DNA from: a virus
Strand: one strand, 5' to 3'
Length of the DNA: 64,000 nt
Virus record (IMG/VR): IMGVR_UViG_3300045988_175328
Span: 160,001-224,000 of that record
The number at the start of each line of letters is the position of its first letter. The stretch's first letter is position 1. The notes under the pieces were generated by a model that was not told where the DNA came from, ran no database searches, and saw nothing but the letters and a program-made list of their open reading frames with translations. Shown one piece after another: positions 29,338 to 37,056 of the stretch. The translations under genes and the position numbers were made by a program.

Positions 29338-29409
29338 AAATCCTCAGACCTGAGCAAGTCGTTAAACTGCTTAATTTAAATTGAATTATATTTTATGGAG
29401 GGAACTGTC

Positions 29410-29523
29410 ATGAATAAAGAAGTTAAACAAATTATTGCATCTATCGGAGTATTAGGATTGTGTTACGCAGTCGGATACGCTATTGGCTATTTCGGATTTA
29501 ATCTTGTTAAGAAAATTAAATAA
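29410..29523 (+). CDS. Small single-TM protein (not in ORF track)
   Basis: MNKEVKQIIASIGVLGLCYAVGYAIGYFGFNLVKKIK; SD gaggg. Confidence 0.5.
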   Translation: MNKEVKQIIASIGVLGLCYAVGYAIGYFGFNLVKKIK

Positions 29524-29533
29524 AGGAGGCTAC

Positions 29534-29794
29534 ATGACTATTTCTGAACTTGAGGGCGCCATTAAAATGATGTTCATCATTTACGGCGAGCCGACCGCAA
29601 CGAATATTGGCTACGGTGTTTTCAGAGTCACCGCTAGTGATGCTGAAATCCTTATTGAGAGGATTGATACTACTGGTGGATCTAGTATTAAACTGACTGG
29701 TCCGTCTGGTTCTATTGAAAAAGACGAGCCGTCTTTAGAATTTAGATTGTTGGTTGACCGTCTAGAGCGAGTTGTAGACGGTTATAATTATTAG
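29534..29794 (+). CDS. Hypothetical protein
   Basis: SD-supported ATG at 29534 within track ORF 29483-29794. Confidence 0.5.
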   Translation: MTISELEGAIKMMFIIYGEPTATNIGYGVFRVTASDAEILIERIDTTGGSSIKLTGPSGSIEKDEPSLEFRLLVDRLERVVDGYNY

Positions 29795-29816
29795 TTTATC
29801 TGTAAGGAGAAACATT

Positions 29817-30302
29817 ATGGAATTACAAGTAATTAAAGGTATGGTTATTGCGGCAAAATTAGCAAACAAATTTATGGGCGGCGCCTTGGAAAACAATCGT
29901 GCCGAGCTCCAAATCGGTGACGTGAATTTAGTTATTTACAGCGCTGGCGGAAACGAGGTAGTAATTGCTCCAACTTCTATGGAGATGTGGTATGACCCAA
30001 TCCATGTTGAAGGAACTTTGGAAACTGTCTTCGATACCATCGGAGAGATGCTAAAAGAAGCTGTCGAAGATGACGAAGACTCTCCATATCGTTACGAGTT
30101 TCCTAACTTAGAGCGCCTTGTCGAGTATATCGAGAAAGAAACAGGTGTCGTAGCTAACGAACATCCTAAATGCTATACTAAAGAATGGGACGGTATTATG
30201 GAATTCGACGAGTTCAAAATCGTTTTCTTTGGGCCATACCATGGTACTGTATATGTGCCGGAAGATTACAAACTTAACTTTGTGTTGAAAGAGTTACCAT
30301 AA
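29817..30302 (+). CDS. Hypothetical protein, family A
   Basis: MELQVIKGMVIAAKLANK...FGPYHGTVYVPEDYKLNFVLKELP; paralog of 30582-31061. Confidence 0.6.
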   Translation: MELQVIKGMVIAAKLANKFMGGALENNRAELQIGDVNLVIYSAGGNEVVIAPTSMEMWYDPIHVEGTLETVFDTIGEMLKEAVEDDEDSPYRYEFPNLERLVEYIEKETGVVANEHPKCYTKEWDGIMEFDEFKIVFFGPYHGTVYVPEDYKLNFVLKELP

Positions 30303-30313
30303 GGAGAAATATT

Positions 30314-30568
30314 ATGGAATTAATTAAAGGATTATTCATTGGCGCCGCCTTACTAGGCAAACCAGTTCTCGTTAAGAAAGAACGGAAGGGCGTATACAAT
30401 TTTATTATCGGGCCGATCACAGTTTTTATCTATGATTGGGATGACAGTCGCACTATCGTCGGTATTGATGGACCAGAAGGTTCATACGAATCTTACAAAA
30501 TCGACGGGGATGTGAGAACAGTATTACACTACCTTGTAGATGTCAACAATAATATCGAGATTAAATAG
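30314..30568 (+). CDS. Hypothetical protein, short family-A relative
   Basis: N-terminus MELIKGLFIGAALLGKPV resembles neighbours. Confidence 0.5.
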   Translation: MELIKGLFIGAALLGKPVLVKKERKGVYNFIIGPITVFIYDWDDSRTIVGIDGPEGSYESYKIDGDVRTVLHYLVDVNNNIEIK

Positions 30569-30581
30569 GAGTATTATTGCT

Positions 30582-31061
30582 ATGAAAATTATTGAAGGTT
30601 TAATTATGGCTGCAAGATTAGCAAATAAAGATATAACATATCGACTAGAAATTAATTATGCCGAATTTAAGATTGGAGATATTACTTTAGATATCTACAT
30701 AAAAGATAAAAATATAGTTATGATTACTCCGACTTGTGAGAACATGTGGGGACAGCCACTCTATATCGAAGGAACAGTCGGGTCTGTTTTCTCTGATATC
30801 TTAGACATGGTAAACGAATCAGATGTCGATTCTGAGAATTCTCCGTATCGTCAGCGCTTTTCAAATTTAAAATCTTTGGTTGAGTACATCGTAAAAGAAA
30901 CGGGAGCTATTGCAGGAGAACATCCCAAACGTTATATCGAAGAGTGCGCTGACGTTATCGAATTCATTGAATTTAAAGTTGTATTATTCGGGCCATATCA
31001 TGGAACAGTGTATGCTCCCGAAGATTACCAACTGAACTTTGTTTTAGACGAATTACCGTAA
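30582..31061 (+). CDS. Hypothetical protein, family A paralog
   Basis: MKIIEGLIMAARLANKD...FGPYHGTVYAPEDYQLNFVLDELP; SD-supported start. Confidence 0.6.
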   Translation: MKIIEGLIMAARLANKDITYRLEINYAEFKIGDITLDIYIKDKNIVMITPTCENMWGQPLYIEGTVGSVFSDILDMVNESDVDSENSPYRQRFSNLKSLVEYIVKETGAIAGEHPKRYIEECADVIEFIEFKVVLFGPYHGTVYAPEDYQLNFVLDELP

Positions 31062-31070
31062 GGAGAATTT

Positions 31071-31295
31071 ATGATGGTATTATATTTCGATACAGTTGAG
31101 GAGCTTATCGAATATTTTAAAAAGAAATCTGGATTCGAGCCGGGGCCTGTGAAAATTATTCGTTATTCTGATGGCGCATTCGATATTGTATATGGAGATA
31201 TCGAGCTAGAATTCGAGAATAAGATTAAAGGTTCCGTCTTGTTCTGTGGCGACTTTATGGTTCGCTTCGAACTTGGCACTCCCGTCGTAATCTAA
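31071..31295 (+). CDS. Hypothetical protein
   Basis: ORF with SD. Confidence 0.5.
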   Translation: MMVLYFDTVEELIEYFKKKSGFEPGPVKIIRYSDGAFDIVYGDIELEFENKIKGSVLFCGDFMVRFELGTPVVI

Positions 31296-31347
31296 AAAAT
31301 CCTCGTTGGCGAGGTCGTATTTAAAATTTAATTAAGGAGGAATTATT

Positions 31348-31611
31348 ATGAACATGTCTTATTACGGAAGCTTATTTGATTTGGTAGAAGATATTAAAAA
31401 AGACTGCGGCGGATGGGAAACGTACAGTTATAAAGCCAAAGGCAATCAGTTAGACATTGAATTCTTTTTGGGCGACGATATCGTATGTAAGGCTGTCTTC
31501 GTGTTCGAGAAAAACTTAATCGAAGGATCTTATGTTGTCGACGAAGATATTTATGACTTCTCGGTTAAAACGGATGAAGTATTACACCATTTGTTTGCAC
31601 GTTTAGGTTAG
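31348..31611 (+). CDS. Hypothetical protein
   Basis: ORF with SD aaggagg. Confidence 0.5.
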   Translation: MNMSYYGSLFDLVEDIKKDCGGWETYSYKAKGNQLDIEFFLGDDIVCKAVFVFEKNLIEGSYVVDEDIYDFSVKTDEVLHHLFARLG

Positions 31612-31618
31612 TTGCTTG

Positions 31619-31643
31619 GGTCCTTCGGGACCCTTATTCTTTT
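31619..31643 (+). terminator. Small intrinsic terminator-like hairpin
   Basis: GGGTCC-TTCG-GGACCC-TTATTCTTTT. Confidence 0.55.
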
Positions 31644-31657
31644 ATCTGGAGGTTACT

Positions 31658-31891
31658 ATGTCTATTGAATGGATTAAAGATATGTTTATTAAATTAAAAG
31701 ATGAGGCCGGAGCTATTGTCGGCATTGGTAATATGCATGACTATGATTTCGGGAAGATGTCTTTTAATTTTATCGACATGGACTTTGGAGTTGTCGGCGT
31801 CTCTTTCTGGGAAGGAGATGACGTATTTAATTTTGACGTATGCGCCGACTATGAAGAATTAATTAATGAACTTAATAGTATTCTAGGATAA
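31658..31891 (+). CDS. Hypothetical acidic protein
   Basis: SD-supported ATG in track ORF 31616-31891. Confidence 0.5.
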   Translation: MSIEWIKDMFIKLKDEAGAIVGIGNMHDYDFGKMSFNFIDMDFGVVGVSFWEGDDVFNFDVCADYEELINELNSILG

Positions 31892-31901
31892 GGAGAACTA
31901 T

Positions 31902-32135
31902 ATGGAAAACTTGTGCGAATTATTAATGGAAGAAAAAGAAATAGGATTAGTTCAGTCTGTCGAGATTGAAGACGACTTATATCTATATGAATATCCAAGC
32001 GGCCGAGCACTCGTTAAAGAAATAGACGGGTACGCTACTTGTGACGTAGAGGTGGACGGAAGAAGATTCTTTTCAGATATCCATCTGCCATATAAAGATG
32101 TGGTGCGAGAATTAAACAGAGTCGTAGAATTATAA
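31902..32135 (+). CDS. Hypothetical protein
   Basis: ORF with SD. Confidence 0.5.
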   Translation: MENLCELLMEEKEIGLVQSVEIEDDLYLYEYPSGRALVKEIDGYATCDVEVDGRRFFSDIHLPYKDVVRELNRVVEL

Positions 32136-32144
32136 TAATAAGGG

Positions 32145-32700
32145 GTGCCCGAGCGAAGCGAGGGGTTAACGCCCCTTTTATTTTTTTCTAATAACCGTCT
32201 CCAACGGATCTAGCGAGCGAAGCGAGCGATTAACGAACCTACTATGTTTAAAGGGCGAGCGAATGCGAGCCCTTGTTAATGGACTTGTTTATATGAGGCG
32301 AGCGAAGCGAGCCGTTAATGTACCTATCTTAAGTTTAGTAAGGGCGAGCGAAGCGAGCCCATTAAAGAACTAACTTAAAGATAGTAGCGATGCGAACGAA
32401 GTGAGCCGAGCTGTTGGTCCTTACTATAGTATAGTCGGCGAGTGAAACGAGCCGTTATAGTATAGTACTTATATATAGTATTAATAGAAAGAACCCGAAG
32501 GGTTATTATGTATAATAGTATATATAAGCGAAAAAGGGAGCGTGAGCGACAGAAGGAGAGGCGGCGAACGAAGTGAGCCGTTGTTTGTTTCTTTGTTCCT
32601 GTATATATAAGAAAAGACAAGACAATTTGTTTTCGTCTTTTTGTTATATATAGTATAAAGAAAAAGAATAAATGGGCGCGAGCGGCAGCGAGCGATTGTT
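32145..32700. repeat. Dispersed GGGCGAGCGAAGCGAGCCC-type palindromic units (~9 copies)
   Basis: Copies near 32151, 32212, 32254, 32298, 32343, 32386, 32438, 32563, 32674, several followed by TTAA(T/C)G. Confidence 0.85.
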
Positions 32701-32828
32701 TGTTCTTGTATACTATATAATAGTATAAGAAAGACAAGAATTTTTTTGTTTGTCTTATAGTACTATATAGTATTAATAGTAAAAGAAATAAAAAAAAGAA
32801 TGCCGGAAGTGGTCTTGAAGAGATTTAT

Positions 32829-33482
32829 GGTAATATAAGTCATGGTACATGACTTAACCCGTGGGAATTGTGGACGACCCTTCCTTCCGGTGCATGTACC
32901 TTTTTTATTTTTTGTCGCTGGCTCTTATTTAATTTTTGTTCTTGTTATATACTATATATATAATAATAAAAGAAATTAAAATAAGAATCGGCGCCGAGAA
33001 AATTTTGAGTAATATAAGTCTCGAAGAGACTTAACCGTGAGGTAGAATGGCCGGATGAATTGCTATTGTCTTATACTATATATATAGTAAGACACATAAC
33101 ATATCGCCGCCCGAACCCTTTAAAAAATTTTATTATTAAATTAATTTATATTTTTTAATTTTTTCGCCCCTGGTATTTTATTATAGTACTATATAGTAAT
33201 AATATATAAACATAACAACATAATAATAATCGCCCGGGCTTCCTGAAAAAATTTTTGGTAATATAAGTCTCGAAGAGACTTAACTCCTTACCCCCGGTAT
33301 CTTGATCCCGTAGGGGTCTTATTGTACTGTATCTACACTATAGTACTTACCGAACAAAATGTTTCTTATCTTACTTTTTATTCGGTTGTACATAGGGTTA
33401 GACACTTCGGTACATTAAAAAATTTTTTTTCTAAAAAAATGACTAACGTAACTTTTATGAGTAATATAACTAACGTTAGTTT
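32829..33482 (+). repeat. GTAATATAA + short perfect palindrome element, four copies
   Basis: 32830 GTAATATAAGTCATG-gta-CATGACTTAA; 33008 and 33258 AGTAATATAAGTCTC-gaa-GAGACTTAA-like; 33460 GTAATATAACTAACGTTAGTT. Confidence 0.8.
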
Positions 33483-33554
33483 TCTTCGAAGAGAAGTAAG
33501 CTGAAACTGCAAGGCTGCCTGCTCTACGACTGCCCGTACGGTTTTTTATAGAAG

Positions 33555-34165
33555 AATGGTAGTGTATTAATACTGTACTGTTAGTACTACTAGTACTGTA
33601 CTACTCGACCCACACCTTTTGTGGCTGTGCCCTAAAAGGACGGGCCACTCTAATAGTTTTTTTACAGAAATTGTAGTTAATTTGTACTATTTCTAATGCA
33701 ATATTAATAGTAAAACTGCATTGGTTTTTCTGTACTTATAGATATACTAATTGCATTAGTTTTACAGATACAATTGTATTGGTTTTACAGTACCAACAGT
33801 TAACTAACACTACAGTACTTACAGTACTAATAAGACCGTACCAATGGTTTTAATGGTACTATAGTAAGATTGTACCATTGCCAATACAGCACTGCAAATA
33901 AAACCGTACTGTTTTGCAGTACTAAATGGTAATTAAATTGGTATGTTAATACAGTACTAACAAAACTGAACCAATGCTATTAATAGTACTACAGTTAAAC
34001 TGTATCAACAAGACAGTACCTATAGTACTATCAGAACTATAGTTAGATTGTATCAATAAGACAGAACCAATAGAACTATTGAAGCTATAGAAAGACTGTA
34101 CTAATTAAACTGTACTAATAGTATTAACAGTACATATAGTAAAGTAGTATTATATTAATAATTGT
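33555..34165. repeat. AGTACT/ACTGTAC-rich non-coding array
   Basis: Dense degenerate 'tacagtactaat' / 'actgtacta' words without ORFs. Confidence 0.75.
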
Positions 34166-34211
34166 AATAGTAGTATTAATAATAAGAAGAATAAAGAAAA
34201 GAAAAATTTTT

Positions 34212-34241
34212 TTCTTAAGGGGCAAGCCCCTTAACAACCCC
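34212..34241. repeat. TTCTTAAGGGGCAAGCCCCTTAACAACCCC dispersed repeat
   Basis: Also at ~25646, 35215, 38168; variant aaggggctccgccccttaacaac at 41911. Confidence 0.9.
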
Positions 34242-34344
34242 AAGTTGGTGAAGTTTAAAACAGCAGTAATATAAAGACTGTGTTTTTTGTATCACCTCCA
34301 ATACCGAAACACACATCATAATGTTTCCTCCTTTCTAAAATGAT

Positions 34345-34487
34345 GAGAACTGAGAGCTCGGTTGAAACTTAGACCGAGCCTTGGTCTTATCGCGTTTACG
34401 CGTAATATACGAGTCCTGTAAGGACTCGATAACTGGAAACGATGTTAATTTATAGGAATATAGCCGCCCGTTTGGGCGGCTTTTTTT
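34345..34487 (+). ncRNA. Structured leader/small RNA ending in intrinsic terminator
   Basis: CTCGGTT/GACCGAG, CGCG-ttta-CGCG, CGAGTCC-tgtaa-GGACTCG, then GCCGCCC-gttt-GGGCGGC-TTTTTTT. Confidence 0.6.
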
Positions 34488-34508
34488 GTTTTATTTGAGG
34501 TGTTATTT

Positions 34509-35237
34509 ATGGGATTTGATGGAAACTATAAAGACGAAAAATGGATTGTTTCGATAAACCGAGAGAAGAATCTTATTATCGAAGAACGAGGTGAGTTGTA
34601 TGAAGTTCAATGTATCGGAATGAATGGCAATGTGTTAGTCGACAGAGTATTCTTTATGGGCCCGATTAGCGAAGAAGAAGTTTGGGAACTTATCTGGAGA
34701 CTGAGATTGGAAGGTATAGACGGAGAACTAACGATAGAAGAAAGTGGTTTGAACTATAAGGATTGGTTTGACGGGTTCGGTTTATACGAAAGCGATTTGT
34801 TATTTGGAGGATCCTGTTTATGGAGAAGAACTGTCGGAGATGTTATTATCGATATCGGTATATCAGGTAACGGTAGAAATATTATGTACGAGAGAAAAGA
34901 AGATAGTTTCTTTGAAGTTTTAGTATATAGTGGTAACAGTAAAATTAGAAGTGAAATTAGTCAAAGTAAGAGCTTTGGTATTGGTAGTCCTTATAATAAT
35001 AGTGATATTCTTAGTAATAGTATAGATAGTGTTATTATTGATAATAGTAATAGTAGTAATAATAGTGGAGATGGTAATAATGGTATATATAGTTATAACT
35101 ATAGTGGATTACCTTGTTATTATAGAGGATATATTAGTTACTATATAGTATTAGAGATTATAGATATGTTTATTAGAGAGTATGGAGGAGTTAAAGAGAA
35201 AAGAAAAATTTTTTTTCTTAAGGGGCAAGCCCCTTAA
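34509..35237 (+). CDS. Hypothetical protein, 'PYYvVLEiI' family member with N/S-rich insert; C-terminus inside dispersed repeat
   Basis: WFDGFGLYESDL...SYYIVLEIIDMF...; ends KIFFLKGQAP encoded by the AAGGGGCAAGCCCCTT repeat. Confidence 0.6.
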   Translation: MGFDGNYKDEKWIVSINREKNLIIEERGELYEVQCIGMNGNVLVDRVFFMGPISEEEVWELIWRLRLEGIDGELTIEESGLNYKDWFDGFGLYESDLLFGGSCLWRRTVGDVIIDIGISGNGRNIMYERKEDSFFEVLVYSGNSKIRSEISQSKSFGIGSPYNNSDILSNSIDSVIIDNSNSSNNSGDGNNGIYSYNYSGLPCYYRGYISYYIVLEIIDMFIREYGGVKEKRKIFFLKGQAP

Positions 35238-35353
35238 CAACCCCAAGTTGACGTAGGTTTAAAGTGCTACGTTAGCAAATAAAATCCTCATTAGTGAGGC
35301 ACATTTAATGCTATCTATAGAACATACGTTCTTATTAATAAGGAGGTGATCTT

Positions 35354-35665
35354 ATAAGATATCAAAGCTGTGAAGAATTTGAAAGCTACTTCGACGGTCG
35401 ATTTTATCTATTAAAAGATCTTATTCGTGGAAATAAATTATTATGGGAAGTTGAAATAGATAAGTATACTGTTATAAATATATTAACTGAAGGAGACAGG
35501 TATGGAATAATATATCCCGAGAAAGAACGGAACTATTTTGAAGTAGGTATAATGTATGAGTCAGAAGGAAGCAATGATATTACACATCAAACTATATTAA
35601 ATGTTCCTTATTATGTGGCGCTTGAAATAATAAAGAGCTTAAAAGAAGATACTTTAAAGGAGTAG
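35354..35665 (+). CDS. PYYvVLEiI family member lacking ATG/GTG/TTG (ATA at expected start); start-loss or non-canonical start
   Basis: IRYQSCEEFESYFDGRFYLLKDLIRGNKLLWEVEIDKYTVINILTEG...VPYYVALEIIKSLKE aligns end to end with 40432-40734; SD aaggaggtgat 5' of ATA. Confidence 0.6.
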   Translation: MRYQSCEEFESYFDGRFYLLKDLIRGNKLLWEVEIDKYTVINILTEGDRYGIIYPEKERNYFEVGIMYESEGSNDITHQTILNVPYYVALEIIKSLKEDTLKE

Positions 35666-35669
35666 TTTA

Positions 35670-36005
35670 ATGAATGCAGAAGAGATATTTGATAAATATT
35701 CAAAATGGTTCGACGGAGATTTCTCTATACGTTCAAATGTTATCGAAGGACATTTTATTATAGAAGGATATAATTATATATGGAACGTCAGAATCGGCAA
35801 GGACCTTATTATGGAAATCATGACTAATGGTAAAAGTTTAGGAAGAATTTATTCTAAAAAAGAAGATAGCAGCTTTGAACTAAAGATTATTAATATTCAA
35901 AAGAAAGAAGATGAAGAATATCCATCTCAAACAATTGAAGATTTTTATAGCTATGTTCCTTACCATGTAGTGCTTGAATTAATTTATGCCTACCGTAATA
36001 ATTAA
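35670..36005 (+). CDS. PYYvVLEiI family protein
   Basis: YSKWFDGDFSI...SYVPYHVVLELIYAYRNN. Confidence 0.6.
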   Translation: MNAEEIFDKYSKWFDGDFSIRSNVIEGHFIIEGYNYIWNVRIGKDLIMEIMTNGKSLGRIYSKKEDSSFELKIINIQKKEDEEYPSQTIEDFYSYVPYHVVLELIYAYRNN

Positions 36006-36070
36006 TATTCATTAATTTGCGTATTTATGTATCGGCAAAAATCCTCATTTGTGAGTTATTTTTATGTTCT

Positions 36071-36093
36071 GCCAGTGTAGAAATATTTGCTGG
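36071..36093 (+). repeat. GCCAG-TGTAGAAATATTTG-CTGGC hairpin element, copy 2
   Basis: Matches 25951-25974. Confidence 0.8.
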
Positions 36094-36116
36094 CTGTGTT
36101 ATTATAGGAGGTACTT

Positions 36117-36374
36117 ATGTATTATCGTGATTGGTTTAAAGATTCTTATTTTGAAGAACCATTTGATGGTGGTTTGCGCTGGCATATTGAAGGTAAAAAG
36201 TATACTATTAGTATCGTTACCGGCGCATTCGTAATGGGTAAGAAGTCTTTTTGTCGTGAAACAAGTACTTATGAAGTTGCTCTATTACGAAAAGATGGTA
36301 CTGTTATTTATGACAGTATTGAAGGTTATTTAGATTATAATGAAGTATTAGGATTTATTGAAAAATATGTATAA
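36117..36374 (+). CDS. PYYvVLEiI-like family protein
   Basis: YYRDWFKDSYFEEPFDGGLRWHIEG...LDYNEVLGFIEKYV. Confidence 0.5.
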   Translation: MYYRDWFKDSYFEEPFDGGLRWHIEGKKYTISIVTGAFVMGKKSFCRETSTYEVALLRKDGTVIYDSIEGYLDYNEVLGFIEKYV

Positions 36375-36687
36375 TACTGAATTTTTTAATATAAATGATT
36401 ATGAAGATTGGTTTTTCGGCGCCGATATTTATTTCGATAATTTTATCGGCGGCGACAAACTAAGATGGATTGTCTTTTACAGAAAAGGCTTTTATTTAAA
36501 TATTAGTATTCTTATTGAAGATATTTTAAAGAATAAAGAATCTAATATATTTGATCTTAGTATGAACAAATTAAATGAATACAAGGGCGAATTATTATTT
36601 GATAGTATTGATGATGTTCCTTATTATTTAGTCCTCGAAATAATAAAAGCTTTAGAGAATTTTAATGAAAGAATGCGATTGGGTTGA
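36367..36687 (+). CDS. PYYvVLEiI family protein
   Basis: DYEDWFFGADIYFD...DVPYYLVLEIIKALENF. Confidence 0.55.
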   Translation: MYNTEFFNINDYEDWFFGADIYFDNFIGGDKLRWIVFYRKGFYLNISILIEDILKNKESNIFDLSMNKLNEYKGELLFDSIDDVPYYLVLEIIKALENFNERMRLG

Positions 36688-37034
36688 AGAAGGTTTTTAT
36701 GGATAAGAAAGATTGGTTTGATAATTGTTATTTCTATAGCTGGGAAAAAATAATGTGTTGTGAAGACGAACATATATGGAGAATCAGAATGGGTGATGGA
36801 ACATATATTGAAATACAAGTCGGCGGCTATTCTGAGAGATCTTATTTAGGCGATAGCCGAGAAGAGAGTTGTTTCGACATGAGTCTTTATAATGATGATC
36901 AATATGATTTTGTGAATAGAGTAAGAAGCTTTATTCCTAAGGGTATTTTTGATAATGGCCCATTAGAGGATGTTCCTTATGATGATTGTATTAAAATCAT
37001 AGAAAAACAAAAAAAAGAATGCGGCTTTATTTAA
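36684..37034 (+). CDS. PYYvVLEiI-like family protein
   Basis: KKDWFDNCYFYSW...DVPYDDCIKIIEKQ. Confidence 0.5.
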   Translation: MKKVFMDKKDWFDNCYFYSWEKIMCCEDEHIWRIRMGDGTYIEIQVGGYSERSYLGDSREESCFDMSLYNDDQYDFVNRVRSFIPKGIFDNGPLEDVPYDDCIKIIEKQKKECGFI

Positions 37035-37056
37035 TTTCTTTTTTTGTGGAGGCACT

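Larger units (their letters stand above)
25573..29370 (+). repeat. Dispersed AAATCCTC-type hairpins and 'hairpin-TAAACTG' elements in intergenic leaders
   Basis: e.g. 25577, 25738, 25797, 25905, 26561, 27857, 28133, 28209, 28765, 29338 (AAATCCTC) and 25776, 25881, 26531, 26583, 26831, 26882, 27892, 28152, 28193, 28790, 29361 (TAAACT). Confidence 0.8.

Noticed and set aside
32375-32737. Minus-strand 120-aa ORF over the GCGAGCGAAGCGAGC array
   Set aside because: Low-complexity, repeat-derived, no SD.
33322-33504. 60-aa plus-strand ORF in the repeat region
   Set aside because: No SD, AT-rich and overlaps palindromic elements; unlikely coding.
32145-34165. Possible CRISPR array
   Set aside because: Repeats are variable palindromes with irregular spacing and no unique uniform spacers; no cas genes in the window.
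25951-36093. GTAGAAATA hairpins as CRISPR-Cas12-like direct repeats
   Set aside because: Cas12a repeats contain GTAGAT with a different stem; these copies are single, gene-leader associated and without spacers.
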